From SAR324 cluster bacterium (lineage in GTDB: Bacteria > SAR324 > NAC60-12), in contig JADGAT010000005.1 in NCBI GenBank assembly GCA_015231885.1, positions 38,381 through 102,380 on the forward strand: a DNA stretch of 64,000 nt, given 5' to 3'. A model generated the notes under the pieces. It was not told the DNA's origin. It did no database searches and saw only the letters and a program-made list of their open reading frames with translations. The position numbers and the translations under genes were made by a program. This document shows, piece after piece, positions 60,370 through 64,000 of this stretch. Numbering within the stretch: position 1 is the stretch's first letter; each line of letters begins with the position of its first letter.

Positions 60370-61320
60370 ATGACTGAGCTTGTTACTAATAAAATCAATC
60401 CCAATGTGATACCCCACTTACACATTTGGGGATGGGATGTTGCCATTTATTTGTTTTTAGGGGGGATCGCAGGAGGATTGCTCATCATCAGCGCTGCGAT
60501 GATATTACTGCAGAAGGGCGGTATTTTCAGTCCAGAGGAGCAGACCGCAGAATACAGCAGACAAATTCAAGTAGCATCTTTACTGGCTCCGGTTTTGCTG
60601 GGGGTGGGGATGTTCTTTTTGTTCTTGGATTTAGAATTCAAAATGCACGTCTGGCGTTTTTACACCAACTTCAATTTAACATCTCCCATGTCCTGGGGAA
60701 GCTGGGCCTTGTTGATTTTTTTCCCATTTTCCGTGTTTCAGGCAATAGTCGTGTGTCAATTTTCCCAAATACCCCGGTTTTTATTTTTGGCAAGCTGGGA
60801 AAGCACACTGAAGCCTTATTTGAACAAAATTGCTGCTGTCAATGTGCATGTTGGTATGGGTATTGGGGTGTACACCGGAATTCTTCTTTCCACTTACTAT
60901 GCACGTCCCCTGTGGTCGAATACAGTGCTGGGTTTTGTTTTTCTGCTGTCAGGGCTTTCCTCAGCGGCTGCTCTGCTGCTGCTCATTGCTCCTTCCCGAG
61001 AAAAACAGCTTTATTCTAAAATCGACATGTACATCATTGCAGCAGAAGGATTTGCCACCACTCTGTTCATTCTAGGTGGAATCACAGGTACTGAAAACAT
61101 GAAAAATGCGATGCTGTACTTGATTGCAGGCCCATATGCCCCCTGGTTCTGGATTTTGTTTGTGCTGGCCGGACTGATCATTCCTCTCGTTTTAGAGACC
61201 CTTGAGGCCATTGGAAAAATTCGATTTTCTCCATTTGTGCCGCTGCTGGTACTGATAGGAAGTATTTCTCTCCGATTTATTATTGTCTATGCAGGCCAGG
61301 AAATTCCGACATTTTCTTAA
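60370..61320 (+). CDS. psrC: NrfD/PsrC membrane anchor
   Basis: W...VAIYLFLGGIAGG, L.LDL, SPMSWGSW, YTG.LL, RPLW, LRF..V.AGQ. Confidence 0.9.
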   Translation: MTELVTNKINPNVIPHLHIWGWDVAIYLFLGGIAGGLLIISAAMILLQKGGIFSPEEQTAEYSRQIQVASLLAPVLLGVGMFFLFLDLEFKMHVWRFYTNFNLTSPMSWGSWALLIFFPFSVFQAIVVCQFSQIPRFLFLASWESTLKPYLNKIAAVNVHVGMGIGVYTGILLSTYYARPLWSNTVLGFVFLLSGLSSAAALLLLIAPSREKQLYSKIDMYIIAAEGFATTLFILGGITGTENMKNAMLYLIAGPYAPWFWILFVLAGLIIPLVLETLEAIGKIRFSPFVPLLVLIGSISLRFIIVYAGQEIPTFS

Positions 61321-61333
61321 CTATACTCCCCCC

Positions 61334-61386
61334 TAAGCCCTTTTTGAAAAGGCCGGCATTTCTTGCAGCTTTTTGAGGAGGGCTTA
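61334..61386. other. Imperfect stem-loop between psrC and the first yeeE-like gene
   Basis: TAAGCCCT...AGGGCTTA closing stem. Confidence 0.45.
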
Positions 61387-61418
61387 AAAGACAGGTGACG
61401 GTGATTAAATAGGTAACT

Positions 61419-61946
61419 ATGGAAAATATAGAAATCAAGCAACAGCCTTATTGGCCTAATATTCTTGCTGGAATCGGATTGGGGCTGGTCTTATTGCTGG
61501 CCTATTACGTAGCAGGGAGAGGTTTGGGAGGATCTGGAGCTTTAGCCAGAGCTTCAGCGGGATTAGCTCACTTGCTGGCCCCTGAGCACACAGAAGGATT
61601 GACCTATTACTCCCGATATTTTGAAAACGGAAAAGTTGATTTCAATGACTGGCTTGTCTTTCAGCTGTTTGGTGTCTTTCTAGGAGGGTTATTTGGTGCC
61701 GTTACCGCAGGCCGATTTGGAAAAGCCGTAGACAAAGGAAAACGGATTACCAATGGACAGCGCTTCTTCTTTGCCACCATTGGAGGTATACTCATGGGTT
61801 GGGGCGCACGCCTGGCAAAAGGCTGTACCAGCGGACAGGCATTGAGCGGCGGCGCAACACTGGCTGTCGGAAGCTGGGCATTTATGCTGGCTTTATTTGC
61901 TGGCGGGTTCATTACTGCATTTTTTGTCAGGAGATTATGGATATGA
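61419..61946 (+). CDS. YeeE/YedE sulfur-compound transporter subunit
   Basis: W...AGI.LG, GLG.SG, GGILMG.GARLA.GCTSG..LSG. Confidence 0.88.
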   Translation: MENIEIKQQPYWPNILAGIGLGLVLLLAYYVAGRGLGGSGALARASAGLAHLLAPEHTEGLTYYSRYFENGKVDFNDWLVFQLFGVFLGGLFGAVTAGRFGKAVDKGKRITNGQRFFFATIGGILMGWGARLAKGCTSGQALSGGATLAVGSWAFMLALFAGGFITAFFVRRLWI

Positions 61947-62527
61947 ATACAGCTCCCCTTGCAAAATTAGGAATGATTTCAGCTGATGTCAATCTGGTTC
62001 TGGCCGGATTGATTGGATTCGGCTTTGGCTTCATGCTCGAAAGAGCAGGTTTTGGCTCTGCAATTCGTTTGACGGGACAATGGTATGGTAAGGACTGGAG
62101 CGTGTTTCGTGTGATGTTTACGGCAATTGTGACCGCAATGTTTGGGATCATTGCCCTCGACAGCATGAATTTGATGGCTACCGAGCAGCTGTATATCAAC
62201 AAAACCTTTCTTTATCCTCAAATTATTGGAGGTTTACTGATGGGAGGCGGCTTTGCCATTGGAGGGTACTGTCCGGGAACGTCGTTTGTCGGATTGGCAA
62301 CAGGCAAGCTGGATGCCATCTTCTATATTTCAGGTTTGATGTTTGGTGCCTTTTTATTTGCAGAAGGCTGGCCCCTTCTGGAACAATTTTCAACTGCCGG
62401 GGCAATGGGGACCATTACCCTTCCTGAGCTATTTGGCTGGAGTCCTTGGCTGGTTGGAGCAGTTGTGTTGTTGATTGCGGTAGTTGGTACATTGGGTGCT
62501 AATTATCTAGAAAAGAAATTGGCTTAA
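61943..62527 (+). CDS. YeeE/YedE sulfur-compound transporter subunit
   Basis: GFGFGF.LERAGF, D..V..VMF.AI, GG.L.G.GF..GGYCPGT. The ATG overlaps the upstream stop. Confidence 0.88.
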   Translation: MNTAPLAKLGMISADVNLVLAGLIGFGFGFMLERAGFGSAIRLTGQWYGKDWSVFRVMFTAIVTAMFGIIALDSMNLMATEQLYINKTFLYPQIIGGLLMGGGFAIGGYCPGTSFVGLATGKLDAIFYISGLMFGAFLFAEGWPLLEQFSTAGAMGTITLPELFGWSPWLVGAVVLLIAVVGTLGANYLEKKLA

Positions 62528-62548
62528 TTCATAAATTCAGGAGGTTCT

Positions 62549-63853
62549 ATGAAGCCGTTTATCAAAATGTTTGCATTGCTTCTGTTGCTGCCTGTCATGC
62601 TGGCAGGCCTTGCAACAGCAGCTCAGCTCAAAGGAAAAATCCAAAATATTTCCAATAAAGCAAAGACCATCCAGGTGGTCAATCCGAAGAATAAAAAAGT
62701 AACGGTGATTCGATTTGGGAAAAAGACACAGTTTGTCAATGCCAAATCGATGAAAGAGTTCATTGTCAATGATGTCATTGTGGCAGATTATGAACCAGGG
62801 CAACCAGCCACTAAAATCAAGCGAGTACTGGTAGAAGTGCCTGCCGACCAGCTCATTTCCACCAAAGAAGTCGCAGCCCTGGCTCCTGATTCTTATGTAC
62901 TGGTCGATGCCCGTCCTGCCGCAAGATACAACGAAGGACACATGCCCAGCGCCATCTCGATTCCTGCTGATAAGTTTTCTGAAAAGATGGATCTTTTACC
63001 CAAGGACAAAGACAAAAAACTTGTTTTTTATTGTGGAGGGCCTACCTGAGGCCTCAGCACTAAAGCTGCCAGGTTGGCAGCAAAAGCAGGATACAAGAAC
63101 ATAAAAATCTACACGGCAGGGATACCTGCATGGAAAAAAGCAAAGCAGCTGGTTGTCGTTAAAAATTCATGGCTGGCAAAAAACCTGGATATCCATCATG
63201 TCATTGTGGATGTACGACCAACTCAACAAAGTCGACCTTCTGGAATAAAAACATCCCTTTCTTTTGAAACCGCCCAGCTTGAAACCATGAGTCAGCAATT
63301 CAAGCAGAAGAAGGTGAAATCCAGCCATAAGAATCTGCCTAACTTGGTTGACAAAAAAGCTCCCATCATCCTGTACAGCGAAAAAACCGACAGTGCTGAT
63401 GTCGTAAAAGCCTATCAGACGCTGCGCAGCTGGAAGTATAAAAACGTTACCATTTTAGATGGCGGTTTCAAAGAGTGGACTCACAAACAGCTGCCCGTTC
63501 AAAATAATGTACGGCTGACCAAAATAAACTTTGTTAAGAAACTGGTCAAGGGAGCCATCTCACCTGAGAATTTTAAACAGTTCCATGACTCAAATGAGGG
63601 TCTTGTCCTGGATGTCCGCACCAAAAAAGAAGCGAAAGCAGGAAAGCTCAATGGATCCATGAATGTTCCGCTGGATACGCTGGAAGCTAATTTAGCAAGC
63701 GTCCCCAAAAATAAAGAGGTGGCCATCCACTGTGTATCCGGAACACGTGCTAATATTGCCTATAATCTTTTGAAAAGCAAAGGCTACCAAAAAGTGCGTT
63801 TCCTGAATAATAATATTACCATCGATAAAGACGGTGATTATAAAATCGATTGA
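62549..63853 (+). CDS. Secreted multi-domain rhodanese, probable selenoprotein (Sec at codon 167; 434 aa)
   Basis: ORFs 62549..63049 and 63074..63853 share one frame, separated only by TGA 63047-63049 (FYCGGPT-U-GLSTKAARLAAKAGY). A hairpin follows. Signal peptide; third rhodanese domain with HCVSGTRA. Confidence 0.85.
63047..63081 (+). promoter_or_regulatory. Bacterial SECIS-like element
   Basis: TGA, 15 nt, then GCTGCC-AGGTT-GGCAGC. The loop resembles the E. coli fdhF SECIS (UUGC-AGGUCU-GCA). Confidence 0.75.
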
Positions 63854-63882
63854 ATCATTTAATTTGTGAGATTGAGGTAAAG

Positions 63883-64000
63883 ATGACGACAATAGATCAA
63901 AAGTGGGTGCTTCCTCTTTTTATAGCAGGCTTTCTGGTTTTGATTGGACTGACCAACCTTCCAGCCTCATCCTACTGGTATGATTCAGTAGAAGATTATC
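63883..64000 (+). CDS. Next gene of the operon (3' partial), exported or membrane protein
   Basis: GAGGT RBS; MTTIDQKWVLPLFIAGFLVLIGL...; open to the window end. Confidence 0.55.
   Translation, partial: MTTIDQKWVLPLFIAGFLVLIGLTNLPASSYWYDSVEDY

Noticed and set aside
63074-63853. Separate 259-aa rhodanese gene
   Set aside because: It starts mid-domain at a TTG inside the SECIS-like hairpin and is better explained as UGA read-through.

Overview
Bacterial chromosomal window, moderately AT-rich, with a deltaproteobacterial gene order (rplY-pth-rpsF-rpsR-rplI-dnaB). A SAR324-like origin is my tentative guess and cannot be proven from the sequence. Housekeeping genes (rarA, hydA, trmJ, hemH, mgtE, gyrA, cyclophilin, bolA, iscA) are interleaved with a cyclic-nucleotide signalling group, an MCP-ACP-FAAL-flavoenzyme operon, an Fe-S/FAD D-lactate dehydrogenase and a GC-richer TRAP transporter with LldR/PdhR-type operators. 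The most notable locus is at the right end. It has a ~12-heme cytochrome c divergent from a psrABC-like molybdoenzyme operon, two YeeE/YedE proteins and a secreted multi-rhodanese. The ORF track splits that rhodanese in two, but it is one reading frame interrupted by an in-frame UGA (CGGPT-U) followed by a SECIS-like hairpin, so it is a probable selenoprotein. Other signals: a DnaA paralogue with a degenerate Walker B motif and an altered DNA-recognition helix, divergent from a tandem AP2-domain gene; four copies of a ~160-bp ERIC/MITE-like element; a highly diverged EAL-domain protein; an S6:S18 leader RNA; and small orphan gene fragments (ald, dctM, acyl-CoA ligase, IS982-like transposase). 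All calls come from motif recognition by eye; no searches were run.
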